Origin: Oligoflexia bacterium
GTDB lineage: Bacteria > Bdellovibrionota > Bdellovibrionia > JABDDW01
DNA length: 64,000 nucleotides
Reading direction: 5' to 3'
NCBI GenBank assembly: GCA_023250675.1
Contig: JAHFAE010000003.1
Location: forward strand, 4,311-68,310
Numbering within the stretch: position 1 is the stretch's first letter; each line of letters opens with the position of its first letter. Both the position numbers and the translations under genes were made by a program. Below the pieces are notes generated by a model that worked only from the letters and a program-made list of their open reading frames with translations, was not told where the DNA came from and did not search any database. Of this stretch, positions 6,856 through 16,548 are shown piece after piece.

Positions 6856-8585
6856 AACGAATTGGGCTCTATTTAAGAGTATCCACTGAAGAGCAGGCAA
6901 GAATTACTGACGGGAGTCTCGTCAGTCAGAAAGCCAGGCTTGAAGAATATGTGGCAGGCCTTAACAGGCGAGATAGCGGTTGGGGTCAGATAGTTGACGT
7001 TTACCAAGATACCCTTTCGGCTAAAGACATGAACCGCCCGGAGTTTAAAAGACTCATTGCCGATGTTCGCTCGGGCCGCATCAACCTGATCTTGGCAACA
7101 GAGCTTTCCAGATTGTCGAGGTCCACTAGGGATTTTTGCGAGCTGTGGGATATCTTTAAACAATATAAGACCCGCTTCATAACCCTGCGGGAGCAGTTTG
7201 ATACAACCACGGCCGCAGGTGAGATGATGGTTTTTAACCTCATTAATTTTGCTCAATTTGAAAGAAAACAAACGGCTGAAAGAATATCCGCAAACCAGCT
7301 ATCCCGTGCCAAACGCGGGCTTTGGAACGGTGGCACGATTCCATTGGGTTATACCCGTAACCCCAAAAACCCGGGGCAGCTCATTCCAAATCAGGATGAA
7401 GCCAAAGACGTTGAGACGATTTTTAAGACGTTTCTTGAAACTGGAGCTGTTAGAAAAGCCTGTCAGGCCGTTACAAAGAAGGGGATCTTCTCAAAGTCAT
7501 ATGTGAATAAGCACGGTATTGCAAAGGGTGGTGGCGCTTTCACGGTCCCAAGCCTCTATCAAATCCTCACCAATAAGGCCTATCTTGGAATTAGAGAGAT
7601 CAATAAGAAGAAGTCGACCAGTAAATTGGAGGAAGTGAAAGCGGCGTGGGAGCCGATTGTAAATCGGGAATTATTTGACCTGGTTCAAGAAAGACTTGGA
7701 GCAAATAAGAATAAGTATAAACCTGCCGAGTGGAAAAAATATGCTTATCCGCTCACTGAAAAAATTATCTGTGGTGAATGCGGCAAGAATCTCGGGGGCA
7801 AATCTGCTAACGGCCAGGGCGGGACCTATAATTACTATGCTCATGCAAGGCAGCTTCATAGTGACGGCAAATCGCACTTGAAGCGATGTCAAATGGAGAA
7901 GGTGAGGGCTCAAAGGACCGAAGAGATGGTGATTCGCTCCCTTAGAGACGTTCTCTCAAGGCCGGAAAAGATTGACGAGATGATCCAAGCCTACGCGAAA
8001 CAAAGCCAAGAGGTGATACCTGGGCTAGAGGGAAAGCTTAAGCAAGTCGACATTGAAATTAGGACCCATGGGAAACGGCGCGAGAATTTAATGGAACGTA
8101 TTGCAGATTTGCCGCCAGAAATTAATGCTGATTTATTCTTTGAGAAGATTAAGGCTGTGACTAAAAAACTTGAATCGGCAGACGTCATAAAAGCTGATCT
8201 CATGGCACAGAAAAACAAAGCGACGGGCCAGGTTATTGATAGAGAAGGGTTAAGGCGAAGGCTGCACAATTCCTTGGCGCTCCTAGAATCAAGTCCCAAG
8301 GAGAAACAACGCGAGATCTTTAATAACGTCATCCAGTTTGCAGAAGTTTATCCGATGAAAATGCGGTTGGGACTCTACGCCCCGACCGTTTCCTCAACGC
8401 TGACCGATCAAAAGCTTACTGGTACTGATTCTTATTTAAGAAGGTGTGCCAGTTCGACCAGCGTTAGGAGTGGTGCCTCCGAGGAGAATCGAACTCCTAC
8501 ACCCGTGAAGGTACTGGATTTTGAGTCCAGCGCGTCTACCAGTTCCGCCACAGAGGCAATCAAAAAAAACCTAGTGAGTTCATGA
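6852..8585 (+). CDS. large serine recombinase (integrase/resolvase-type N-terminal domain)
   Basis: The N-terminus MKRIGLYLRVSTEEQ carries the catalytic Ser and a resolvase-like domain (~140 aa), followed by a long recombinase/zinc-ribbon/coiled-coil region (CGECG...). GGAGG precedes the start. The last ~38 codons are read antisense through the tRNA-Leu. Confidence 0.8.
   Translation: MKRIGLYLRVSTEEQARITDGSLVSQKARLEEYVAGLNRRDSGWGQIVDVYQDTLSAKDMNRPEFKRLIADVRSGRINLILATELSRLSRSTRDFCELWDIFKQYKTRFITLREQFDTTTAAGEMMVFNLINFAQFERKQTAERISANQLSRAKRGLWNGGTIPLGYTRNPKNPGQLIPNQDEAKDVETIFKTFLETGAVRKACQAVTKKGIFSKSYVNKHGIAKGGGAFTVPSLYQILTNKAYLGIREINKKKSTSKLEEVKAAWEPIVNRELFDLVQERLGANKNKYKPAEWKKYAYPLTEKIICGECGKNLGGKSANGQGGTYNYYAHARQLHSDGKSHLKRCQMEKVRAQRTEEMVIRSLRDVLSRPEKIDEMIQAYAKQSQEVIPGLEGKLKQVDIEIRTHGKRRENLMERIADLPPEINADLFFEKIKAVTKKLESADVIKADLMAQKNKATGQVIDREGLRRRLHNSLALLESSPKEKQREIFNNVIQFAEVYPMKMRLGLYAPTVSSTLTDQKLTGTDSYLRRCASSTSVRSGASEENRTPTPVKVLDFESSASTSSATEAIKKNLVSS
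8471..8557 (-). tRNA. tRNA-Leu (anticodon CAA)
   Basis: The reverse complement folds as a class II tRNA. The acceptor stem is GCCTCTG/CGGAGGC. The D-arm contains GG. The anticodon stem-loop is CTGGA-CTCAAAA-TCCAG, with U33, anticodon CAA and A37. There is a long variable arm, a T-arm AGGAG-TTCGATT-CTCCT, a discriminator A and an encoded CCA. Confidence 0.85.
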
Positions 8586-8843
8586 TTTAACCCCAGAAAA
8601 ATACAAAAGCAAAACAAACTCCAATAAAAAACCGGGCTAAGAGGTTACTAGAAGTGGCACGACCACGAAAATTCTGCATAGTAACTGTCAAATTGCTCGC
8701 AGAATGGGAGTGTCACTATCGCAACATAATTAAGTAATATCAGTATATTACAATATTACATAAATTAGACTAGGTGGGGGCATGAACATTGCTCACCATT
8801 CTCTCCATAGAAGCTTAGTTTTTAGGCGTAAGGAGAAGATCAG

Positions 8844-10049
8844 ATGGAAAAATTTTTACAAATCGCTGTGGTCGTCGGAACATTGGGAATCTCAGGCTTT
8901 TCCCTAGGAGCTGAAGACTACAATCAAGGATTAAAAAAAGAACTTAGCGAAGTTAAGAAAATTCAGGTTGAAAAAGTAGCTCCAGCTATAAGTTCTGCTG
9001 AATCAATCAACACCGTAACACAAGTTCAGACACAAACCCCTCCGTCTACAAACACGAACCTGCAACCCATCTACATACTGCAACAACCGGCAGCTTCGCC
9101 CCAGGCGCAAGTTCAGCCCGCAACCACCATTGAAGCTGCGCCGGTAAAAGAGTCTCGTGCAGATCAGTTGAGAAAACAAAGAGAAGAAGTTGAACATCAA
9201 ACGGAAAATAAGCTTGTTGAACGACTTGAAGATGATCGCCTCTTATCTGAAAAAGACCGAGCAGACCGACTCTTGGCACCGTTGAATCCACCAACGCCCG
9301 CGGTTTCACCTTCTCCTCTTACTGTCAATCCCCCCATCACGACTGTACCAACTAATGCAACAGTTACTCCGGCGACAGTTGTTCCTCCACCCGTAGTAGC
9401 TCCGGTAATTGTAACAAGAGAAGAAGTACCTACTGTCACAGCTACCCATGATGACCTCATGCGAAACAATGAATCTGAAGAACCTGCTAAGTTCAGCATT
9501 GGTGCCTTGGCCGGTCTTGGTTCTTATCCTTCAGTCGGCAACGTCAACGGCGCCTATGCTGCCGGTGTCCTCATGGATATGCAGTTTGCCGAGCGTTTAG
9601 GACTTGAAACTGCATTTCTTTATTCAAGCTATGACATAAAGAACAACTACAATAATTTTTACTGCCCAGGCTGCGGCGGCAGTCTTGTCACAACTCTCAA
9701 TCAATATAATTTTGATGTTGGTTTGACTTATCATATTTTAGGCGGCCGAGTTTCGCCGGTGGTCGGAGTAATAGCCGACTACACCCGGCGAAGTTATTCA
9801 GATCGAATTCGTTATGGTTCAAATACCGGTTCGACTCGGGGTTCTAATTCCTTTGACGGGGGATTTCTGGTCGGAGTAGACGTTTCGGCAACCAAAAAAC
9901 TAACGGTGGGTATGGATATTCGATATCTCATGAATTTCAGTTACCGCACCGACGACGCACTAGCTTATAACGTAGGTTATCAGCAAGGCGATCCCATTGA
10001 ATCTCTCAATTACTACTTTGCCACATTAAGTTTGAAATTGTCCTTATAA
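8844..10049 (+). CDS. outer-membrane beta-barrel protein with a Pro/Thr/Val-rich linker
   Basis: AAGGAG precedes the start. The protein has a signal peptide, a long low-complexity PT-rich region and a C-terminal segment of alternating hydrophobic residues. Confidence 0.5.
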   Translation: MEKFLQIAVVVGTLGISGFSLGAEDYNQGLKKELSEVKKIQVEKVAPAISSAESINTVTQVQTQTPPSTNTNLQPIYILQQPAASPQAQVQPATTIEAAPVKESRADQLRKQREEVEHQTENKLVERLEDDRLLSEKDRADRLLAPLNPPTPAVSPSPLTVNPPITTVPTNATVTPATVVPPPVVAPVIVTREEVPTVTATHDDLMRNNESEEPAKFSIGALAGLGSYPSVGNVNGAYAAGVLMDMQFAERLGLETAFLYSSYDIKNNYNNFYCPGCGGSLVTTLNQYNFDVGLTYHILGGRVSPVVGVIADYTRRSYSDRIRYGSNTGSTRGSNSFDGGFLVGVDVSATKKLTVGMDIRYLMNFSYRTDDALAYNVGYQQGDPIESLNYYFATLSLKLSL

Positions 10050-10054
10050 TCAAA

Positions 10055-10088
10055 AGCGCTTCAGGATGAGGCGCTTTTTTTTGTTCAA
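10055..10088 (+). terminator. rho-independent terminator
   Basis: agcgcttc-aggat-gaggcgct, followed by T8. Confidence 0.55.
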
Positions 10089-10124
10089 AATGACAAAACT
10101 TCAAAACTCTGGCATCCTGTTGTT

Positions 10125-10817
10125 ATGCACATGACTTCTAAAAGTTTACTCTTATTTCTAGTCCTTTCAGTTTTCGGAACACCCGATGCTTTTGCAACAA
10201 AACAAATGGTTCTTAAATCAGTGGGTGCCGTAGGTGGCAAGGTCATTACAAACCGCGATGTTGAAGCAAATTACATCGTAGATAGGGTGCTGTATAATAA
10301 TGGTTCCTATACTCCTATTAGTCTTGGCACCGAAGAATTTAACTCGGCTCTAGATCGGCTGCTAGTCGAATATATGGTTTTTGAAGAAGCAACGGAGTTT
10401 GGTGTGGCAAAGGTAGCCGATTCTGAAGTTGACCAATCTTTTGGCTCCGTAAAAACTAAATTAAATAACACGGGCCCCATTCATTCAAATTGGTCTTTGT
10501 TAGGATACTCAGAGCCGCAGCTCAAAGAAATGGTGGGAAGAAAACTTCGCTCCAATCGATTCATTAAATATAAGTCTAACTCCAGTTACGTTCAGGTCAG
10601 CGACGAAGAGGCTCGGGATTATTTTAATAAAAACCAATTAAAATTTGGAACGGCTGAATTTGAAGGATTTAAGGTCAATATCAAGAAATTTCTTGGTAAG
10701 AAAAATGCCGACGATCGGCTCCGAGAATGGTTTGAAATTCTTCGAAAAAAGCATAAAGTAAAAAATCTTCAAATTGCCAATGAAGGGCACAGTGTTAAAG
10801 CACCGGCCGATCAATAG
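10125..10817 (+). CDS. secreted protein resembling a SurA N-terminal chaperone domain
   Basis: Signal peptide, then a segment (VITNRDVEANYIVDRVL...LDRLLVEYMVFEEA) resembling SurA/PpiD N-domains. Confidence 0.4.
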   Translation: MHMTSKSLLLFLVLSVFGTPDAFATKQMVLKSVGAVGGKVITNRDVEANYIVDRVLYNNGSYTPISLGTEEFNSALDRLLVEYMVFEEATEFGVAKVADSEVDQSFGSVKTKLNNTGPIHSNWSLLGYSEPQLKEMVGRKLRSNRFIKYKSNSSYVQVSDEEARDYFNKNQLKFGTAEFEGFKVNIKKFLGKKNADDRLREWFEILRKKHKVKNLQIANEGHSVKAPADQ

Positions 10818-11229
10818 TTCCGATCTACCTGATATTCTAAAGATCAATAATCAAGTTCAACTCAATCCGTGGACTCAAGCCGATATTGAAGTCGAAATAT
10901 CAAAACAATGTAATTTTTCTAAAGCAGCACTCAAAGAAGATAAACTCGTTGGCTATTTGCTGGTTCGAGAGTGTGGCAAAGATTTAGAGATTATGTCCAT
11001 AGGAGTTGACCAAAAGCATCAACGCTCCGGTATAGGAAGCGCGTTATTAAAAGAGTTAATCCAATCTAAACCGCCATCCACAGAGCTTTTTTTAGAAGTA
11101 AGTCATGAAAATCAACCGGCACAGGCGATCTATTTAAGGATGGGGTTTGAAACCTACTTGGTTAGAAAATCCTATTACGGAGATGGCAGCAACGCCCTCT
11201 GCATGAAACTTCGCCTTGCAAATCCCTAA
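10780..11229 (+). CDS. rimI: GNAT N-acetyltransferase, RimI-like
   Basis: Contains the GNAT acetyl-CoA motif QRSGIGSALL. Size and position upstream of rimP-nusA fit RimI. Confidence 0.55.
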   Translation: MKGTVLKHRPINSSDLPDILKINNQVQLNPWTQADIEVEISKQCNFSKAALKEDKLVGYLLVRECGKDLEIMSIGVDQKHQRSGIGSALLKELIQSKPPSTELFLEVSHENQPAQAIYLRMGFETYLVRKSYYGDGSNALCMKLRLANP

Positions 11230-11327
11230 TGGTTTTGATAAGTTTCCCTCAATTTAGTAGAACCAATGTTAATAAAAGACTCGTTTAAAATCTGGAGTCT
11301 ATTATTTTCCTTAGTTCTAGGCGCTTT

Positions 11328-11353
11328 GGTGGGCCATTTGGCCCTTTTTTTTT
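11328..11353 (+). terminator. rho-independent terminator
   Basis: gggccatttggccc followed by T10. Confidence 0.6.
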
Positions 11354-11370
11354 ATTATTAGGCAAAAAAT

Positions 11371-11886
11371 TTGGATATTGAAAAAATTGTTACCCTTATA
11401 AGTCCCGTAGTAGAAAAGAGTGGGTATTCACTCTACGACGTGGAATTCATAGGGAGAACGCTACGCGTCAGCATTGATAGGACCGAAGGAATTAGCCTTC
11501 AGGATTGTGTCGACTTGAGCCGCCTCATAAACCCACTTTTAGATGTTGAGGACGCGATCCCGGGCGGTCGTTACGAATTAGAAGTGAGCAGCCCTGGTCT
11601 TGATCGCAACCTTCGAAAACCTCCCCATTTTCAGTCCGTAGTGGGCCATAAAATTCATGTGACAACAGAGGTTCCCTTATCGAATTGGAACGGGGGGCTA
11701 GAAGACAGTTTCTTCCGCAATCGAAAGAATATTAGTGGAATACTAACTTCATTTGACGGGGTCACCATTGCTCTAAACACCGATGGTCGTGACGTTAAAA
11801 TTCCACTGTCAGCAGTTGCAAAAGCATATGTAGATTTTGAAATGAAAACGACACCAAAGAAGGGAAAGAGAGTAGAAAATGGCTGA
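11371..11886 (+). CDS. rimP: ribosome maturation factor RimP
   Basis: Conserved position immediately upstream of nusA, with a RimP-like N-terminus. Confidence 0.75.
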   Translation: MDIEKIVTLISPVVEKSGYSLYDVEFIGRTLRVSIDRTEGISLQDCVDLSRLINPLLDVEDAIPGGRYELEVSSPGLDRNLRKPPHFQSVVGHKIHVTTEVPLSNWNGGLEDSFFRNRKNISGILTSFDGVTIALNTDGRDVKIPLSAVAKAYVDFEMKTTPKKGKRVENG

Positions 11887-13507
11887 TGGTATCTTATTTT
11901 CTGAGTTAAGCCGAATGATAGATCAGGTCGGCAAAGATAAGGGCATTGATAAGAAAATTATTATCGAGGCTGTGAAGATGGCCATGGAAACTGCCGCAAG
12001 AAAGAAATTTGGTGTCAATAAAGAGATCGAAGCACAATTTAACGAAGAAACCGGTGAGCTTGAAATTTTTGAATTTCGCACCGTCGTCGAAGAGATCGAC
12101 GTTGAAGACACAGATATTCTCTTAGAAGACGCTCGAAAGCTGGATTCCGAAGTTCAGATTGGCGATAGTTTAGGAATTAAACTTGATTCCTCTCAACTAG
12201 GTCGAATCGCGGCACAAACTGCAAAACAAATCATCGTTGGGCGAGTTCGTGATGCTGAACGAGAAATCATCTACGCCGAGTTTCAAGAGCGAAAAGGTGA
12301 AATCGCCAGCGGCATAGCCCGCCGAGTTGAACGAGGAGCTATCGTTGTTGATTTAGGTAGAACAGAAGCCTACCTTCCTCAGAGAGAACAAATTCCCGGC
12401 GAAATTTTTAAGCCAGGAGACCGAATTCAAGGATATATTGCAGACGTTCGACAAAGTTTGAGGGGCCCTCAGATTATAATGTCTCGAGCTGACGAGCGAT
12501 ATCTCTCAAAACTTTTTGAGATGGAAGTTCCTGAGATTTACGACGGAATAGTTGAAATCAAAGCTGCTGCCCGTGAGCCCGGAAGCAGAGCTAAGATTGC
12601 TGTATCCAGTAAAGACCCGTCTGTTGATCCAGTAGGCGCCTGTGTTGGTATGAAAGGCAGTCGAGTCCAAAATATCGTTCAAGAATTAAAAGGCGAAAAA
12701 ATTGACATCGTCTCTTGGCATGAAGATTCCACCCGGTTTGTCTGTAATGCCTTAGCTCCAGCTGAAGTAAGCAAGGTCATTATCGATGAAGGTTCTAGAG
12801 AGATGGAAATTGTAGTGCCCGATAACCAACTGAGTCTTGCCATTGGTAAAAAAGGCCAAAACGTGCGTTTAGCGGCCAAACTTTCTGGTTGGAAGTTAGA
12901 TATCTTAAGTGAAACCAAGGTCCAAGCCAAAACCCAAGAGGCTATTTTCAACCTCATGTTAATTCCAGGTATCAGCGAAACCATGGCTCAAAACATTTAC
13001 CAATCGGGCTATGCTTCGCTTCAAGAAATTTCAAAGGCAGCCGTAGACGATTTGGCTCAAATTCCTGGCTACGATCAAGATAAAGCCCAAAAGCTTTTAG
13101 ACACTGTAGTTGAAGTTATTAAGAGTTATGCAGACAGTGGCAAGCCCTTACCACAGAGTGAAGCAGCAGTGATTGCCAAGAGCAGTGGTGCTAGTGGCGC
13201 GAAAGCCTTAGCTGAAGCTAGACTGAAAATGGAATTAAGTGCTTTAAAAGCTGCGACTAATAAGATTTCAGAAGAGCCGCAAGAAAAAACACCTGAACAA
13301 TTAGAAGCAGAGGCTGCAGCCGCTGAACTCTTAGAGATTCGGGGTGTCGGTGAGACAACGGTTGAACAGTTAAAGGCTGCGGGCGTTAAGAGTTTAGATG
13401 ATTTACTAGCAAGGTCAGAAGAAGAACTGAGTGCCATCGATGGTATCGGTGAGAAAAAAGCTAAGCAGCTCAAGACAGATGCTGAAGCCTACAGAAAAGA
13501 AAACTAA
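11879..13507 (+). CDS. nusA: transcription termination/antitermination factor NusA
   Basis: S1 and KH domains (GxxG), acidic repeats at the C-terminus, and the rimP-nusA-infB synteny. Confidence 0.9.
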   Translation: MADGILFSELSRMIDQVGKDKGIDKKIIIEAVKMAMETAARKKFGVNKEIEAQFNEETGELEIFEFRTVVEEIDVEDTDILLEDARKLDSEVQIGDSLGIKLDSSQLGRIAAQTAKQIIVGRVRDAEREIIYAEFQERKGEIASGIARRVERGAIVVDLGRTEAYLPQREQIPGEIFKPGDRIQGYIADVRQSLRGPQIIMSRADERYLSKLFEMEVPEIYDGIVEIKAAAREPGSRAKIAVSSKDPSVDPVGACVGMKGSRVQNIVQELKGEKIDIVSWHEDSTRFVCNALAPAEVSKVIIDEGSREMEIVVPDNQLSLAIGKKGQNVRLAAKLSGWKLDILSETKVQAKTQEAIFNLMLIPGISETMAQNIYQSGYASLQEISKAAVDDLAQIPGYDQDKAQKLLDTVVEVIKSYADSGKPLPQSEAAVIAKSSGASGAKALAEARLKMELSALKAATNKISEEPQEKTPEQLEAEAAAAELLEIRGVGETTVEQLKAAGVKSLDDLLARSEEELSAIDGIGEKKAKQLKTDAEAYRKEN

Positions 13508-13522
13508 TTCAAAGGACGGCGA

Positions 13523-16183
13523 GTGGAGCAAATTAAAGTATTCGAATTGGCAAAACAAATGGGCATGGAAACCATCGCCCTCATGGACAAACTTCGGGAA
13601 TTCAAAATTCCTGTTAAAAGTCACATGGCTGAATTGGATGAAATCCTGGTCGCACAGATCCAGGTAAAATTTGACGAAGAAAAAAAGACCACTCCTAAAA
13701 AAGCGACTAAGACCGTCAGAGCTAAAAAAGCAGCATCGTCTGCAAGCCCTGCAATATCATCAAACATAATTAAGAGTAACTCTACTGCAGCAAAGGCCCC
13801 TGTAAAAGCTACTTCAAAACCTGCGGTTAAAGCGGTAACGAAGGCGAGTGGTCCGGTAGAATCAGCACTTCCTTCTAGTCGAACAGTCATTAGAAGAAAA
13901 GCAAACGCCCCTGAACTAGTCCAACCTGATGCAGTTGAAATAGCAGAACAAAATATTGAAGGAGATGCCCAACACGCTGATTCGGTTGAGGGTTTAGAGC
14001 ATGGGAGGACGGATGTAGAAACTAGTTCTCAGTTAGTTGTTGATGAGAAAACACCCGTCAGACCTGGAATGGCCCAAGTTATTTCACGAATTGATCTTCG
14101 AGATACAATGGGCTCAAAAGCGCCCGTGATCCCATCAACTCAAGGGACTACTCAGGCTTCCAAAGAAAAAGCTGTCGCCGACGCTCGTGCCGCTAGTGAA
14201 GCGACTCTTGAAGCAAATAAATTTGACCGAGAAGCTATTGGAAAACTCATTAAGCAAGAGGCCCTAGCTCAAGCCAAGAAAGCGGCTGCTCTTCTCAGAG
14301 AAACAAAAATTGAAACTTTTAACGCAGCCGATTTTAAAAAGCGAGAAATGCTTTTTCAACCCAAAAAGAAAAAAACACTTACTGGCAGGGCAGCTCAGAA
14401 GACACAAATCACCAAACCCGGCGCTGCAAAGCGTAAAATAAAAATTGATGGATTAATAAATGTATCTGAGTTGGCTCAGGCAATGGGCATAAAGGCCAAT
14501 GTATTGCTAAAAAAACTCTTGGCCATGGGTTCAACTGTTGCCATCACAGATGTTTTAGATTTCGAAACGGCTCAAATTACTGCGACAGAGTTTGGATTTG
14601 AGGTTGAAAACATAAACCGAACAGATGAGCAATTGATTGCCGAAAATTCCGATGTAGTCGATAAGACGATGCAATCGAGGCCACCTGTTGTTACTGTTAT
14701 GGGGCACGTTGACCACGGAAAAACCTCCCTTTTAGATTCTATTCGAAAAGCAAACGTGGCTAGCGGTGAAGCGGGAGGCATAACTCAGCATATAGGTGCT
14801 TACAGCGTTGAAATCAATTCTAAGAAAATCACTTTTCTAGACACTCCTGGCCATGAGGCTTTTACCGCAATGCGAGCGCGCGGTGCAAAAGTTACTGACA
14901 TCGTCATTTTGGTCGTAGCTGCTGATGATGGAATTATGCCCCAGACAAGAGAAGCAATATTACACGCAAAAACTGCAGGCGTTCCCATTATCGTGGTCGT
15001 TAACAAAATGGATTTGCCCGCTGCTAATCCTCAAAAAGTTTTGCAAGGTTTAACTGAATTTGAGTTAGTTCCTGAAGAATGGGGCGGAACAACAATCGTA
15101 GCGAAAGTTTCTGCGACGAAAAAAGATGGAATTAAAGAATTATTAGAAATGATTTTGCTGCAAGCCGAAGTTTTAGAACTTAAAGCTAATCCCAACAGAC
15201 CTGCCTCAGGAACAATTATTGAAGCAAGACTTGAACGGGGCTGCGGAACTGTAGCCACCATGCTTGTTCAACAGGGAACAGCTAGAATTGGTGATATTGT
15301 TGTCGCGGGAGTTGTCTCAGGCCGAATTAGGGCTATGAATGATGACAAGGGAAAATCGGTAAAGCAAGCCTCGCCTGGTGATCCCGTTGAGATCACAGGT
15401 TTAGACGCTGTCCCCAGTGCAGGCGATGTATTTGATGTAGTAAAGAGCGAAGAAGTGGCAAAAGAAATCATTGAGAAACGAATTTCAAAAACTAAAGCTA
15501 GTCAGGCCACCCCTGCTCTCAAAATGTCCCTAGAAGACCTATTTGCAAAGGTTCAGCAATCTGATGTTAAGGAATTAGCGGTCATAGTAAAGGCTGACGT
15601 GCATGGGTCGGCTGAAGCTCTTAAAGAATTGCTTAATAAGTCTTCCAGCGAAAAAGTTCGCCTGAAAGTACTTTCAAGTACTGTTGGTGGTATTACTGAG
15701 AGCGATGTTCTTTTGGCTTCCACAAGTAATGCTATTATCATTGGGTTTAACGTAAGGCCAGAGTCGGGAGTTGGTGCAGTAGCAGAACGCGAAGGTATAG
15801 AAATAAAAACTTACTCTATAATCTACGAGGTGATTGACGATATTAAAAAAGCAATGACCGGAATGTTGGCGCCGACCTTTGTTGAGAAAGCTCTGGGACG
15901 AGCAGAAGTTCGATCTCTGTTCAACGTCCCAAAGGTGGGGACAGTTGCTGGTTGCATGGTTGTCGATGGTAAAGTAACTCGGCAATCTCAAGTTCGCTTG
16001 CTTAGAGACAGTCGAATCATTTACGAAGGAAAACTTGCATCTCTGAGGCGTTTTAAAGATGACGCCCGCGAAGTTCAAAGTGGTTATGAATGCGGTATTG
16101 GTATCGATAACTATAACGACCTTAAAGTAGGCGATGTTATTGAAGCTTATACCAAAGAACAAGTAGCGAGCTTACTGTCATGA
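13523..16183 (+). CDS. infB: translation initiation factor IF-2
   Basis: GTPase motifs [14 protein letters not shown] and NKMD. The N-terminus is Lys/Ala-rich. Confidence 0.9.
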   Translation: MEQIKVFELAKQMGMETIALMDKLREFKIPVKSHMAELDEILVAQIQVKFDEEKKTTPKKATKTVRAKKAASSASPAISSNIIKSNSTAAKAPVKATSKPAVKAVTKASGPVESALPSSRTVIRRKANAPELVQPDAVEIAEQNIEGDAQHADSVEGLEHGRTDVETSSQLVVDEKTPVRPGMAQVISRIDLRDTMGSKAPVIPSTQGTTQASKEKAVADARAASEATLEANKFDREAIGKLIKQEALAQAKKAAALLRETKIETFNAADFKKREMLFQPKKKKTLTGRAAQKTQITKPGAAKRKIKIDGLINVSELAQAMGIKANVLLKKLLAMGSTVAITDVLDFETAQITATEFGFEVENINRTDEQLIAENSDVVDKTMQSRPPVVTVMGHVDHGKTSLLDSIRKANVASGEAGGITQHIGAYSVEINSKKITFLDTPGHEAFTAMRARGAKVTDIVILVVAADDGIMPQTREAILHAKTAGVPIIVVVNKMDLPAANPQKVLQGLTEFELVPEEWGGTTIVAKVSATKKDGIKELLEMILLQAEVLELKANPNRPASGTIIEARLERGCGTVATMLVQQGTARIGDIVVAGVVSGRIRAMNDDKGKSVKQASPGDPVEITGLDAVPSAGDVFDVVKSEEVAKEIIEKRISKTKASQATPALKMSLEDLFAKVQQSDVKELAVIVKADVHGSAEALKELLNKSSSEKVRLKVLSSTVGGITESDVLLASTSNAIIIGFNVRPESGVGAVAEREGIEIKTYSIIYEVIDDIKKAMTGMLAPTFVEKALGRAEVRSLFNVPKVGTVAGCMVVDGKVTRQSQVRLLRDSRIIYEGKLASLRRFKDDAREVQSGYECGIGIDNYNDLKVGDVIEAYTKEQVASLLS

Positions 16184-16548
16184 GCGAAGGCCGCAAACCC
16201 AGATCCCATAGACCCGATCGAATGGCTGACTTTGTACGCGAAGAAGTAGCCCAGTTTTTGTTGAACGGACTAAAAGATCCAAGAATCGGATTTATCACTG
16301 TTACGAATGTCAAAATGACGGTCGATTTAAAAACTGCACGTGTCTATTATTCGGTATTTGGTTCTGACAAGGAAAAACAAGAAACAGAAGAGGCCTTGTC
16401 TGAGTCTTTAGGAAAGATTCGTTCGCATTTATCCAAAAAAATGCATACCCGATTTAGTCCAAGATTAGAATTTTTTGTAGATGAAGGACTTGAAAATAGT
16501 TATCGAGTTCAGGAACTCTTAGGAAGTATCAATCGTGCTGAAACCTGA
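16180..16548 (+). CDS. rbfA: ribosome-binding factor A
   Basis: Size, KH-like fold motifs and position after infB. Confidence 0.8.
   Translation: MSEGRKPRSHRPDRMADFVREEVAQFLLNGLKDPRIGFITVTNVKMTVDLKTARVYYSVFGSDKEKQETEEALSESLGKIRSHLSKKMHTRFSPRLEFFVDEGLENSYRVQELLGSINRAET

Larger units (their letters stand above)
2397..8557. mobile_element. putative integrative island at the 3' end of tRNA-Leu; left boundary uncertain
   Basis: The large serine recombinase converges on and overlaps the 3' end of the tRNA. The intervening genes have no core-like functions, have long repeat-rich intergenic regions and alternate in strand. A degenerate copy of the tRNA 3' end (tggtgcccaagag versus tggtgcctccgag) lies at 2397-2409, just downstream of the ompA-like gene. 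Confidence 0.4.

Noticed and set aside
8586-8843. Promoter for tRNA-Leu and the OMP gene
   Set aside because: A possible TTGCTT-N16-TTAAAT lies upstream of the tRNA and a TTCTGC-N21-GCAGAA inverted repeat is present, but neither is close enough to consensus to call.
12960-13507. Unusual C-terminal extension of NusA (542 aa)
   Set aside because: The extra length is Ala/Glu-rich with HhH-like repeats, consistent with the AR1/AR2-type C-terminal domains seen in many proteobacterial NusA proteins.
13621-16162. Multiple 60-160-aa ORFs antisense to infB, nusA, pnp, nrdJ, gspD and others
   Set aside because: They are antisense shadows inside long, well-supported genes with clear motifs on the sense strand.
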